Assembly: GCA_017555875.1 (NCBI GenBank)
Contig: JAFZFN010000029.1
Span: 15,100-79,099, forward strand
Direction: 5' to 3'
DNA from: Bacteroidaceae bacterium
GTDB taxonomy: Bacteria > Bacteroidota > Bacteroidia > Bacteroidales > Bacteroidaceae
Length of the DNA: 64,000 bases
Shown here: in pieces, positions 39,235 to 48,655 of the stretch
Position numbering within the stretch: the first letter of the stretch is position 1
Layout of the letters: each line of letters starts with the position of its first letter
The notes under the pieces: generated by a model
Database searches by the model: none
Told to the model about the DNA's origin: nothing
Seen by the model: only the letters and a program-made list of their open reading frames with translations
Translations under genes and position numbers: made by a program

Positions 39235-40599
39235 TTACTCCTCCTCTATGGCAGTGGCATCCTGCACTTCTGACTTCTTGCCCAAGTATTCGGGAAGGTT
39301 CATACCTGCAAGGTCAAAGAGGTCGCTCAAGGGAGGAACCGACTTCATCAACCCCGACACGAAGTTGGCTGTAGAGCCCTTGCCATCGGCATTATTGCCC
39401 GAATCCCAAACCGTAACGTGGTCGATATTGACACCCTTGACAGCTTCAACTTGTGTCTTGACGAGCTCAGGCAACTTTTCGAGTAGGAGTAGCATATATG
39501 CCTTGTTGGCATCGCCGCCTGCCGCCTGCACCATCTTGTCGTAACCTGCCGCCTGCTTGGTGAGCACTTCGTAGAGACCCTTCGCTTCAGCCTCCATCTT
39601 AGCGTAGATGGCATCTGCTTCACCCTTCGCCTTTACACGGGCCTTTTCTGCTTCTGCTTCAGCCTCGATGATCCGACGCTGCTTCTCTATCTCCTCGGGC
39701 ACGATGATGTTGGCCTGTTGGGTTGAACGTTCACGCTCGGCACGGGCGAGCTCGGCTTCCTTCTCGGCAGCATATGCCTCCTGCAATGCCTTGGCTTGCT
39801 GTACCTTCTCGGCTGCGATAGCGAGACGATTGGCTTCAGCCTCCTTCTCTCGACGATAAGCATTAGAGTTGGCAATGTCAATCTGTGCATTGTTCTCTCC
39901 CTTCACTGCTATAGCGTTAGCTTCAGAGGTCTTGATACGGGTATCGCGCACCGCCTCGGCCTTACCGATCTCACCATACTTGTCCTGCTCAGCCACGCTT
40001 ACCTTGGCTTCGTTGATAGCCTTGGCTGCAGCCTCCTTACCGAGTGCTTCGATGTAGCCGCTCTCATCCTTGATGTCAGTTACGTTCACGTTGATGAGGC
40101 GGAGGCCGATCTTCTTCAGCTCTACCTCTACGTTCTTTGAGATGTTTTCGAGGAACTTGTCGCGGTCACTGTTGATCTCTTCGATAGACATGGTGGCGAT
40201 GACCAGACGGAGCTGACCGAAGAGGATATCGCGGGCGAGCTCTTGAATCTCGTTCGAGGTGAGTCCGAGCAGACGCTCTGCTGCATTGTTCATTGAGTCG
40301 GGCTCTGTAGAGATACCTACTGTAAATCGGCAAGGCACGTCAACGCGGATGTTCTGGCGCGACAATGCATTGGTGAGGTTGGCATCAATTGAGATGGGAG
40401 TGAGGTTCAGATAAGCATAGTCCTGAATGATGGGCCACACGAACTTACCTCCACCATGGATACACTTGGCTGATCCACCGCCAGTCTTTCCATATACTAC
40501 GAGAATCTTATCAGACGGACAGCGTCTATAGCGTCTGATGATAAACGAGAAGGTTGCAAAGATTACAACCACCAGAATTATAAACAACATTCCAAACAT
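39235..40599 (-). CDS. Flotillin-like SPFH/band-7 protein (YqiK-type)
   Basis: N-terminal TM helix, SPFH domain, then a long EA-rich coiled-coil segment. Confidence 0.85.
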   Translation of the reverse strand: MFGMLFIILVVVIFATFSFIIRRYRRCPSDKILVVYGKTGGGSAKCIHGGGKFVWPIIQDYAYLNLTPISIDANLTNALSRQNIRVDVPCRFTVGISTEPDSMNNAAERLLGLTSNEIQELARDILFGQLRLVIATMSIEEINSDRDKFLENISKNVEVELKKIGLRLINVNVTDIKDESGYIEALGKEAAAKAINEAKVSVAEQDKYGEIGKAEAVRDTRIKTSEANAIAVKGENNAQIDIANSNAYRREKEAEANRLAIAAEKVQQAKALQEAYAAEKEAELARAERERSTQQANIIVPEEIEKQRRIIEAEAEAEKARVKAKGEADAIYAKMEAEAKGLYEVLTKQAAGYDKMVQAAGGDANKAYMLLLLEKLPELVKTQVEAVKGVNIDHVTVWDSGNNADGKGSTANFVSGLMKSVPPLSDLFDLAGMNLPEYLGKKSEVQDATAIEEE

Positions 40600-40631
40600 A
40601 ATACTGTGATTATAGGTTATTATTTAGATCT

Positions 40632-41195
40632 TTATACGCGCTCTACCTCTAAAAGTTCAGAACCAATGACCTTGGTCACTCGAACCTTCGTGCCGGTAGG
40701 GATAGCTTCGCCTTCGGTCATGGCATCAATCTCATGTATGGAGCCGCGCACACTCACCATCACCTTGCCCGTACCCTGTTTTGCTGCAGGGATACGCAGA
40801 TAGGTGTCGGCAATCTGCCCTAAGGCCTCATCCAGCTGGAAGGTCTTGTCGGTGGAGAGCTTCATCACTTGGCGCAAGATGAAGACAAATACCAACACAA
40901 ACACAAAACCGACACCAATAGCCGCTACTTCAAGCCACATCATGTTGGGGATGGCTTCTTGCAGGAGCACGCCGCCCCATCCATAGCCGAGCAAGAAATT
41001 GATGAGGTTGCGGAAGGAGAAGTAGCCAGACAGCCCCTCCATCTCTACGGTATCAAAGCCTGCGCCATCATCCGTGTCTGCATCAAGTCCCATAAAGGCC
41101 ATGATGGTCTGTATAACAAAGAAGATGCTTGTTACAATCGCCACTCCCCAAAAAATCTGCATGGGGAACTCCAAGGAAAGAAATTTGTCCATCAT
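40632..41195 (-). CDS. NfeD-like (YqiJ-type) membrane protein paired with the flotillin gene
   Basis: Three TM helices plus a C-terminal OB-fold (GKVMVSVRGSIHEIDAMTEGEAIPTGTKVRV). Confidence 0.7.
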   Translation of the reverse strand: MMDKFLSLEFPMQIFWGVAIVTSIFFVIQTIMAFMGLDADTDDGAGFDTVEMEGLSGYFSFRNLINFLLGYGWGGVLLQEAIPNMMWLEVAAIGVGFVFVLVFVFILRQVMKLSTDKTFQLDEALGQIADTYLRIPAAKQGTGKVMVSVRGSIHEIDAMTEGEAIPTGTKVRVTKVIGSELLEVERV

Positions 41196-41322
41196 AGTCG
41201 TCGACAGCGTTTATTATATGTATCGCATACAAAATTAGACGATATTTCACAATATAGCAAGCGAATGCGGTGTTTTTCCAAGATGTTTAACAACATAAAT
41301 CTATGATGTGCGACTGCGCAAA

Positions 41323-41367
41323 ACAAGAGAGGCTGACCTACTGGTCAACCTCTCTCTTGCTTTTGTA
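41323..41367. terminator. Bidirectional terminator hairpin downstream of tRNA-Gln
   Basis: aaaa-caagagagg-ctgacctactggtcaa-cctctcttg-ctttt. Confidence 0.7.
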
Positions 41368-41387
41368 ACCCTTTTACTTTTTTTGAG

Positions 41388-41458
41388 TTGTCCTACCTGG
41401 ATTCGAACCAAGACAAACAGAACCAAAACCTGTTGTGCTACCATTACACCATAGGACA
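41388..41458 (-). tRNA. tRNA-Gln (anticodon UUG)
   Basis: Manual cloverleaf: acceptor TGTCCTA/TAGGACA with U1:A72, anticodon loop TTTTGGT, and T-loop GGTTCGAATCC. Confidence 0.8.
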
Positions 41459-41536
41459 ATCCTCAGTTCCTCCTCTCGGAAAAGCGGTGCAAAGATAGAT
41501 GTTTTTATCTACCCTTGCAAATTTTCAGCTATTTTT

Positions 41537-42829
41537 TTACTCCGCAATGAGCAAGAAGTAGTTCTTCTTACCACGTTGCACGAGCAGATACTTGTCGTTG
41601 AGCAGGTCCTTAACAGTGATTTCTTGGTCAAAGGCAGCCAACTTCTCCTTGTTGAGCGATACGCCACCGCCCTGTGCCATCTTGCGCATCTCGCCCTTTG
41701 AGGGGAACACGGCAGACTCCTCAGCAAAGAGGTCTACGGCCTTGATGCCAGCCTCGATCTTTTCGCGCGAAACCTTGAATTGGGGTACGCCCTCAAACAC
41801 GGCAAGCAAGGTGTCCTCATCGAGCTTCACCAGTGCATCGTGGGTGTTATTACCGAAGAGGATGCCCGATGCCTCTACAGCAGCTTCATAGTCGGCCTCC
41901 GAGTGTACCATGATGGTCACCTCCTTGGCGAGGCGCTTCTGCAGGAGGCGCAAGTGGGGTGCTTCGGTGTGCTCAGCGATGAGTGCCTCGATCTCTTCGC
42001 GGCCGATGGCGGTGAAGATCTTGATGTACTTGGCAGCATCGTCGTCGCTCACGTTGAGCCAGAACTGGTAGAACTTATAGGGAGAGGTGTAGCGTGGGTC
42101 GAGCCATACGTTACCCGACTCGGTCTTACCGAATTTGCCACCATCAGCCTTCGTGATGAGCGGGCAGGTGAGGGCATATACCTCGTTGCCGCTGGTGCGA
42201 CGGATGAGCTCGGCACCCGTTGTGATGTTGCCCCACTGGTCGCTACCGCCCATTTGGAGCTTACAGTTCTTGTGCTCGTTGAGGTAGAGGAAGTCGTAGC
42301 CTTGGAGGAGCTGATAGGTGAACTCAGTGAATGAGAGGCCATCGCGTGCCTCGCCGTTGAGACGCTTCTGCACTGAGTCCTTGGCCATCATGTAGTTTAC
42401 GGTGATGTGCTTACCTACCTCACGTGCGAAGTCGAGGAAGGTGAAGTCCTTCATCCAGTCGTAGTTGTTTACGAGTTCTGCACAGTTGGGGGCGTCGCTC
42501 TCAAAGTCGAGAAACTTGGCCAACTGCTTCTTGATGCATTCCTGATTGTGGCGGAGGGTCTCCTCGTTGAGCAAGTTACGCTCCTGTGACTTACCTGAGG
42601 GGTCGCCAATCATACCTGTTGCACCGCCGACGAGAGCCAGGGGCTTGTGTCCGCAGCGCTGGAGGTGGCGGAGCATCATCACGCCGCAGAGGTGGCCGAT
42701 GTGCAGAGAGTCAGCCGTAGGGTCTATGCCCAGGTAGGCTGTTACCATCTCTTTGTTTAACAATTCTTCTGTTCCGGGCATCATGGTGTGTACCATGCCG
42801 CGCCACTGAAGTTCTTCTACAAAGTTCAT
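41537..42829 (-). CDS. tyrS: Tyrosine--tRNA ligase
   Basis: HIGH-region motif ([12 protein letters not shown]), KMSKS equivalent (KFGKTE), and a C-terminal S4-like domain. Confidence 0.93.
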   Translation of the reverse strand: MNFVEELQWRGMVHTMMPGTEELLNKEMVTAYLGIDPTADSLHIGHLCGVMMLRHLQRCGHKPLALVGGATGMIGDPSGKSQERNLLNEETLRHNQECIKKQLAKFLDFESDAPNCAELVNNYDWMKDFTFLDFAREVGKHITVNYMMAKDSVQKRLNGEARDGLSFTEFTYQLLQGYDFLYLNEHKNCKLQMGGSDQWGNITTGAELIRRTSGNEVYALTCPLITKADGGKFGKTESGNVWLDPRYTSPYKFYQFWLNVSDDDAAKYIKIFTAIGREEIEALIAEHTEAPHLRLLQKRLAKEVTIMVHSEADYEAAVEASGILFGNNTHDALVKLDEDTLLAVFEGVPQFKVSREKIEAGIKAVDLFAEESAVFPSKGEMRKMAQGGGVSLNKEKLAAFDQEITVKDLLNDKYLLVQRGKKNYFLLIAE

Positions 42830-42959
42830 GTCTTTATATGTTTTTTTTGTTATTAACCTTTTATTTATTGTGCAAAAGTAGTGCAAGGCTCGGAAAACTG
42901 CAAATAAATCTACGTTTTCTCTCTCATCTCAGGATGATATCAATGAGCCGCACGTCATC

Positions 42960-43949
42960 TTATTGCGCTACAAAGCTCTCCTCGATGATCTCCGTGAGCA
43001 CATCCTTGATGTCGAGTCCTGCAGCGCGCACCTGCTGGGGGATGAAGCTGGTGGCTGTCATGCCCGGTGTGGTGTTTATCTCCAGGAGGTTCAGCTTGTT
43101 GCCCTCGGTGATGATATAGTCGATGCGGATGATGCCGTGACAACGGAGGATGTCGTAGAGCAATGAGGTGAGTGTGCGCACACGCTCAGCGATGCTCTCG
43201 TCGATGCGGGCGGGAGTGATCTCCTCCACTTGACCATTGTACTTGGCATCGTAGTCGAAGAACTCGTTCTTGGCCACCACCTCGGTGATGGGGAACACCA
43301 CGCTCTTCTCCCGTGTCTTATAGCATCCGCAGGTGATCTCCGTGCCCTGCATGAAGGCCTCTATCATCACCTCGTCGGCTTCACCGAAGGCGGCCTCTAC
43401 GGCGGGGAGCAGCTCCTCGGGTGTCTTCACCTTGGTGGTCGCACAGCTGGAGCCTCCGCATGTGGGCTTCACGAAGCAGGGGAGCCCCACGGCTTTCACC
43501 ACGTCGTCGGTCGTGATGACATCCTGTCGGCGCAGGGTCAATGACTCTGCCACACGCACGCCAAGGCTGCGCAGGTATTGGTTGAGCACAAACTTGTTGA
43601 ATGTCATCGCCGAGATCAGTGGCGGGCAGGTAGAGTAGGGCATGCGGATGAGGTCGAAGTAGCTGCCCAGCAGGCCGTTCTCGCCTGGTGTGCCGTGTAT
43701 GGTGATGTAGGCATAGTCAAATGTCACATGCTCACCGTTGTGGGTAAAGCTGAAGTCGTTGCGGTCGATGGGTGCGGTAGCTCCGTCGGGGAGCTGCACA
43801 TTCCATTCCGTGCCTCGTATGATGACGGTGTAGATGGTGTAGCGCTCCTTGTCGAGGAACGAGGTGATACCCTCGGCGCTACGCAGCGATACTTCGTATT
43901 CTCCCGAGTCGCCACCTGCTACGATGGCTATAGTACGTTTTGTTATCAT
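42960..43949 (-). CDS. ddl: D-alanine--D-alanine ligase
   Basis: ATP-grasp motifs and the N-terminal IAIVAGGDSGEYEVSL. Confidence 0.92.
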   Translation of the reverse strand: MITKRTIAIVAGGDSGEYEVSLRSAEGITSFLDKERYTIYTVIIRGTEWNVQLPDGATAPIDRNDFSFTHNGEHVTFDYAYITIHGTPGENGLLGSYFDLIRMPYSTCPPLISAMTFNKFVLNQYLRSLGVRVAESLTLRRQDVITTDDVVKAVGLPCFVKPTCGGSSCATTKVKTPEELLPAVEAAFGEADEVMIEAFMQGTEITCGCYKTREKSVVFPITEVVAKNEFFDYDAKYNGQVEEITPARIDESIAERVRTLTSLLYDILRCHGIIRIDYIITEGNKLNLLEINTTPGMTATSFIPQQVRAAGLDIKDVLTEIIEESFVAQ

Positions 43950-43968
43950 TTTTTATGTTGTTTCTTTA

Positions 43969-45207
43969 TTACATGGTGACATGTTTAATACCGCTAGGCA
44001 CGCCACGCAGGATCTTTACGTTGCTGGGGCAGTTATAGAGTGCGTTGCTGTCCATTTCTGCACCTTCGGGAATATACACTCGCTCCAACTTGGGACAGTT
44101 CTCGATGGCAGAGTCTTCGATTTTCTTGGTTCCTTCGGGGAAGTATATCTCCTTCACGGCGTTGTGGTTGTAGATGGTGTTCTTCTCTACCACTTCCATA
44201 GGCATCAATTCAATGAATTCCATGCCGCCAGGGATGTAATACAGCTGTGCTTGGTCGCCGTTCTTACGGTATACAACCCCTTTATGATCCAATAGCGTGG
44301 GATTGTTTTTGTCTATATAGATAGCTTGTAAGTTTCTACCAAAGTTGTTGATGCTCAGTCTCATGTTGTAAGTCTCTCCAAAGGTGGTAATGTTCTCGCC
44401 AAGATAAACCTCTGTGATTGACTCGGGAAGATCAGTCGAGGGGTTGAACGAACTGATGACAAATCCGCCCACGCTATAGGGGACGATGAGAGGATTCTCA
44501 GTAGCGGTCACTTTGTCGATATTGAGGCTATAGTCATAGTAGCGGTATGTGGCGCAATCGTCTGTGAAGAGGTCTACGTCGGCTTCTGTGGGGATGAGAT
44601 GGGTGTATCTGCTGGTATTATCCATTGACCAGCTACCATTTGTGATATTTCCATTGGTGGGGTCACCTACGTACCATTTGCCATCGGTGCAGGCATACAC
44701 CCAAGCATGGGCTCCATAAGTAGAGAGGTAACCATTTACCACTACGATAGGGATGTCTTGACTGTAACACATCACGGTAACCAAGTTGGCATAGCCTTGA
44801 CATACACCCATTCTGTTGATAAACACAGGGTAGGGGTCGTTGTCGCTATGGTTATATTCAATGTTGTCCTTCACCCAATTGTGGATGGCGTTATACTTCT
44901 GCTTTTGTGTTGTTTTTCCTGCAACAAGTTCTGCTGTAAACGCGGCTATCTCCTCAAACTCCTCGTTGGTGATATTCATTCTTCCCATTGAAGTGATGAC
45001 GTCTGCGCCAGTGGTATTGAAAAGCATTCTCAAGTTTTCTGCAGGTGTTCCATTCAGTTGTTTTGCACCGTCGGGTTCTGCAAAGGTAGGTGCATAGTAT
45101 ACTTCAGTTGATGTAGCCTCTTGGTTGGTGATGTTGGTGTTGTCGTACTGTTCGTTGCATGCTGCTAGCATGGTGACGAGTGAAAGTGCGTAGATGTGCT
45201 TTTTCAT
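43969..45207 (-). CDS. Lipoprotein with a transglutaminase-like cysteine-protease core and C-terminal BspA-type leucine-rich repeats
   Basis: Lipobox LAAC. CQGYANL...HAWV...D triad pattern. The C-terminal repeats resemble IYFPEGTKKIEDSAIENCPKLERVYIPEG. Confidence 0.65.
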   Translation of the reverse strand: MKKHIYALSLVTMLAACNEQYDNTNITNQEATSTEVYYAPTFAEPDGAKQLNGTPAENLRMLFNTTGADVITSMGRMNITNEEFEEIAAFTAELVAGKTTQKQKYNAIHNWVKDNIEYNHSDNDPYPVFINRMGVCQGYANLVTVMCYSQDIPIVVVNGYLSTYGAHAWVYACTDGKWYVGDPTNGNITNGSWSMDNTSRYTHLIPTEADVDLFTDDCATYRYYDYSLNIDKVTATENPLIVPYSVGGFVISSFNPSTDLPESITEVYLGENITTFGETYNMRLSINNFGRNLQAIYIDKNNPTLLDHKGVVYRKNGDQAQLYYIPGGMEFIELMPMEVVEKNTIYNHNAVKEIYFPEGTKKIEDSAIENCPKLERVYIPEGAEMDSNALYNCPSNVKILRGVPSGIKHVTM

Positions 45208-45242
45208 ATGTGTAATGTTTTTAGGGGTATAATATAATCGGA

Positions 45243-46325
45243 TTATAGGTTTTCAGGTTTCATGGTTCCCTCCACATAGGTACGCCAGCGCTCCAGTAGG
45301 GATACCATGTCGGCGGGGAGTTCCGAGGTGAAGAACATCTCCTCTCCAGTGCGAGGATGCACGAATCCCAGTGTACGGGCATGCAGCGCCTGGCGCGGAC
45401 AGGTGTCGAAGCAGTTGGTCACAAACTTGCGGTACGACCCCGAGGTCGTACCCTTGAGTATCTCGTTGCCACCATAGCGCTCGTCATTGAAGAGCGGGTG
45501 CCCGAGGTGCTTCATGTGGACGCGTATCTGGTGTGTGCGTCCCGTCTCGAGGATACACTCCACGAGGGTGACGTAGCCTATGCGCTCCAGTACCTTGTAG
45601 TGTGTCACGGCATGCTTGCCTATGGCGGGGTCGGTGAAGACGGCCATCTGTAGGCGGTCGTGGGGGTTGCGGGCTATCTGGCTGCGTATGGTGCCTGTGT
45701 CCTCTTTCAGTGCTCCCCACACGAGAGCGTTGTAATGGCGCTTGGTCGTCTTGTTGAAGAACTGTATGCCCAGGTGGGTCTTGGCATCGGGCGTCTTGGC
45801 CACGACGAGCAGTCCCGAGGTGTCCTTGTCGATGCGGTGCACGAGTCCCACGCCCGGGTCGTTGGGGTCATAGTTGGGGTTGTCGCGCAGGTGCCACGCT
45901 ATGGCGTTGACGAGTGTGCCGTGATAGTTGCCACATCCAGGATGCACCACCATGCCGGCAGGCTTGTTGATGACCATCAGGTCATCGTCTTCGTAGACGA
46001 TCTCGAGAGGTATCTCCTCAGGCTCTATCTCGGTGTTCATGCGCGGACGATCCATCATGATGGTGACGATGTCGCGGGGCTTCACACGATAGTTACTCTT
46101 CACCGGCTTGCCATTGACATGGAGGCATCCCGCCTCGGCAGACTTCTGTATGCGGTTGCGCGAGGCATGAGGCAGATGGTCGATGAGGAACTTGTCCACT
46201 CTCACCAACTCCTGCCCCTTGTCTGCCACCACGCGGAAGTGCTCATAGAGCTCCGCTCCGTCGCTGTTCGCCGTGTCAAGGTCGAGGTCCTCGTCCAGGA
46301 GGTCGTCTATCTCGTCGGTTATCAT
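45243..46325 (-). CDS. rluD: RluA-family 23S rRNA pseudouridine synthase (RluD-like)
   Basis: S4 domain plus the catalytic HRIDKDTSGLLVVAKT motif. Confidence 0.88.
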   Translation of the reverse strand: MITDEIDDLLDEDLDLDTANSDGAELYEHFRVVADKGQELVRVDKFLIDHLPHASRNRIQKSAEAGCLHVNGKPVKSNYRVKPRDIVTIMMDRPRMNTEIEPEEIPLEIVYEDDDLMVINKPAGMVVHPGCGNYHGTLVNAIAWHLRDNPNYDPNDPGVGLVHRIDKDTSGLLVVAKTPDAKTHLGIQFFNKTTKRHYNALVWGALKEDTGTIRSQIARNPHDRLQMAVFTDPAIGKHAVTHYKVLERIGYVTLVECILETGRTHQIRVHMKHLGHPLFNDERYGGNEILKGTTSGSYRKFVTNCFDTCPRQALHARTLGFVHPRTGEEMFFTSELPADMVSLLERWRTYVEGTMKPENL

Positions 46326-46351
46326 TGTTTTCTTTCTAATCTTTCTTTTAA

Positions 46352-46437
46352 GGTCTTTAGGGTCTCCTAGGACTACTTAGGATTGCCTAGGACTTCCTAG
46401 GACTTCCTAGGATTTCCTAGATCTCCTAGGGCCTAGC
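46352..46437. repeat. Tandem array of about 8 decamers, CCTAGGAYTT
   Basis: ctcctaggactacttaggattgcctaggacttcctaggacttcctaggatttcctagatctcctagggcctag. Confidence 0.85.
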
Positions 46438-46447
46438 CGCTCCCCAC

Positions 46448-47074
46448 TCAGAACCAGTCATCCTCCACCGTAGGGGCTTCGATGATGTCGCTCTCCTCTT
46501 TGTTGCCACCTCCCACGACGATGGTGAGCTGTGCTCCCTCAGGGACGCGTTCTTGGCTCTTGAGCTCACGCCCCTCATAGCGCACGCCATACACCCAGTC
46601 GAGGTCACCGGGGATGGTGTCGTGAGGTGTCAGGCGAAATCCCGCCGCGCGGAGTCGCGACTCGGCCTCGCGTAGCGAGCTGTTGTCGATGACGTCGGGG
46701 ATAGTGATCATGGGCTGGTTGCCCGAGCTTACGGTCAGGTATATCTTGCGTCCGCGCTTCACCTTGGCCTCGGCTGCGGGGCGCTGGGCTGTGATCTCTC
46801 CTGCGGGTACTCCCTTGATGAATACTCTGTCGCTGGCTAAGCCCTCGAGGTCGTGCTGTGCCAGGTAGTCGATGGCCTCCTGCTCCTGCATGCCCGTGAT
46901 GTCGGGCACCTTGATGGCGATGTTATGCTCGGTGTAGCTGTCTATCCATCGGAAGGTGATGAGCACCGCGGCCACCACGACGGCGGCCATGGCCGCGAGG
47001 TTGATCAGTAGGAGTCGTATCTGCCGCTTGATGGGGCGCTTCTCTGTGTTCTTGTTATCGGGGTTGTTGCTCAT
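46448..47074 (-). CDS. PASTA-domain membrane protein
   Basis: N-terminal TM helix and two PASTA repeats. Confidence 0.75.
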   Translation of the reverse strand: MSNNPDNKNTEKRPIKRQIRLLLINLAAMAAVVVAAVLITFRWIDSYTEHNIAIKVPDITGMQEQEAIDYLAQHDLEGLASDRVFIKGVPAGEITAQRPAAEAKVKRGRKIYLTVSSGNQPMITIPDVIDNSSLREAESRLRAAGFRLTPHDTIPGDLDWVYGVRYEGRELKSQERVPEGAQLTIVVGGGNKEESDIIEAPTVEDDWF

Positions 47075-47167
47075 AGTTCAATCGTTTTATCGGGCAAAGG
47101 TAATAATATTAGCCGACATACGAAAGTGCAGCGGTAGATATTCTGAAATAGTGAATGTCTAGGGCCG

Positions 47168-47890
47168 TCACACATGGTCGAGAAACTCGCGCAGATGAGG
47201 GCTCTCGGTCTGCTCTATGGTGTCGCCCGTGCCTGTCCACTCCGCTCTGCCCTCATGGATGAAGAGCACCTGCTCGCCTATGCCGCGCACCGACCCCATG
47301 TCGTGTGTGTTCACGATGGTGGTGATGCCATACTCGTGGGTGATGTCGCTGATGAGTCCGTCGATGATGCGCGACGATATGGGGTCGAGTCCTGAGTTGG
47401 GCTCGTCGCAGAAGAGGTAGCGCGGCTCCAGTGCGATGGCACGGGCTATGGCCGCTCGTTTCTGCATGCCTCCGCTCAGCTCCGAGGGCATTTTGCCTTC
47501 AGCGCCGGTGAGCCCCACACGCTCGAGGCAGAAGCGGGCACGTTGCAATTGCTCACGATAGGTCTTCGAGGAAAACATCTCGAGTGGGAAGAGCACGTTG
47601 TGGAGCACATCCATCGAGTCAAACAGGGCAGCCCCTTGGAAGAGCATGCCCATCTCCTGTCTCAGCCGTGTGGCTTCGTCTCCAGCGAGGTGGTGTATGT
47701 CTCGCCCGTCATAGAGCACCTCACCCTGGTCGGGTGTGAGGAGCCCCACGATGCAGCGCAGCAGCACCGTCTTGCCCGAGCCGCTGCGTCCGATGATGAG
47801 GTTCGTCTTGCCCGCATCGAAGGAGGCGCCGATGCCGTGCAGCACCTCCTGGCGGTCAAAGTGCTTGTGTATGTCGGTGATCGTGATCAT
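47168..47890 (-). CDS. ABC transporter ATP-binding protein (MlaF-like)
   Basis: Walker A GRSGSGKT, signature LSGGMQKR and Walker B LFCDEP. The ORF-track N-terminal extension is an artifact; the true start overlaps the permease stop (ATGA). Confidence 0.85.
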   Translation of the reverse strand: MITITDIHKHFDRQEVLHGIGASFDAGKTNLIIGRSGSGKTVLLRCIVGLLTPDQGEVLYDGRDIHHLAGDEATRLRQEMGMLFQGAALFDSMDVLHNVLFPLEMFSSKTYREQLQRARFCLERVGLTGAEGKMPSELSGGMQKRAAIARAIALEPRYLFCDEPNSGLDPISSRIIDGLISDITHEYGITTIVNTHDMGSVRGIGEQVLFIHEGRAEWTGTGDTIEQTESPHLREFLDHV

Positions 47891-48633
47891 GTCATGAGCA
47901 GGTTGGTTAGTAATAGGTCGGTGAAGAGTATCAGCACGCTGCTCACCACCACCGCGTTGGTGCCGGCCCGTCCCACCTCGATGCTGCCGCCCTGCACCGT
48001 GTAGCCGAAGTAGCCGCTCACGCTGGCGATGATGAAGGCAAACACCAGGGCCTTGACGTAGCCCGACCACAGGTGCCAGTTGTCGTAGCTGTACTGCAAT
48101 CCATAGGTGAGGTCGCTCATCGATAGGAACCCGCCTGCCCAGCACACCACGTACGCCCCGACGAATCCTGCCGCGATGCTGAAGGTCACGAGCAGCGGTA
48201 TGGCGCTCACCATAGCCACGATCTTGGGCAGCAGGATGTAGTTGGCCGAGTTCACGCCCATCACGTCCAGCGCATCGATCTGCTGCGTCACCCTCATGGT
48301 GCCTATCTCCGAGGCAATGTTCGACCCCACCTTGCCGGCGAGGATGATGCAGATGATGCTCGATGCAAACTCGAGCAGGATCACCTCCCTCATGGCATAG
48401 CCGATGGTGAAGCGCGGCATCCAGGGCGACCATATGTTGATCTTGATCTGCACACACAGCAGCGCACCGATGAAGAACGACATCAGGATGACGATGAACA
48501 GCGAGTTGAAGCCCAGCTGGTAAAACTCGCGCACAAACTGTTGCCAGAAGATGCGCCCCCGCTGTGGCCGAGTGAAGGTGCGGCGCATCAGCAGCAGGTA
48601 GTTGCCCAGGGAGTGTAGTGACTTGTATAGCAT
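47887..48633 (-). CDS. ABC transporter permease (MlaE-like)
   Basis: MlaE family, 248 aa, five TM helices. Confidence 0.8.
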   Translation of the reverse strand: MLYKSLHSLGNYLLLMRRTFTRPQRGRIFWQQFVREFYQLGFNSLFIVILMSFFIGALLCVQIKINIWSPWMPRFTIGYAMREVILLEFASSIICIILAGKVGSNIASEIGTMRVTQQIDALDVMGVNSANYILLPKIVAMVSAIPLLVTFSIAAGFVGAYVVCWAGGFLSMSDLTYGLQYSYDNWHLWSGYVKALVFAFIIASVSGYFGYTVQGGSIEVGRAGTNAVVVSSVLILFTDLLLTNLLMT

Positions 48634-48655
48634 GACGCGAACTCGTTGTGTTTGA

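Noticed and set aside
46352-46437. The CCTAGG decamer array as a CRISPR array or coding repeat
   Set aside because: The period is 10 bp with no spacers. It is intergenic and does not maintain a reading frame.
47891-48457. A 189-aa N-terminal extension of the MlaF-like ATPase ORF in the ORF track (47168..48457)
   Set aside because: The extension is low-complexity Arg/His/Gly-rich sequence in the alternative frame of the MlaE-like permease gene. The real ATPase starts at the MITITD methionine (47890), which overlaps the permease stop.
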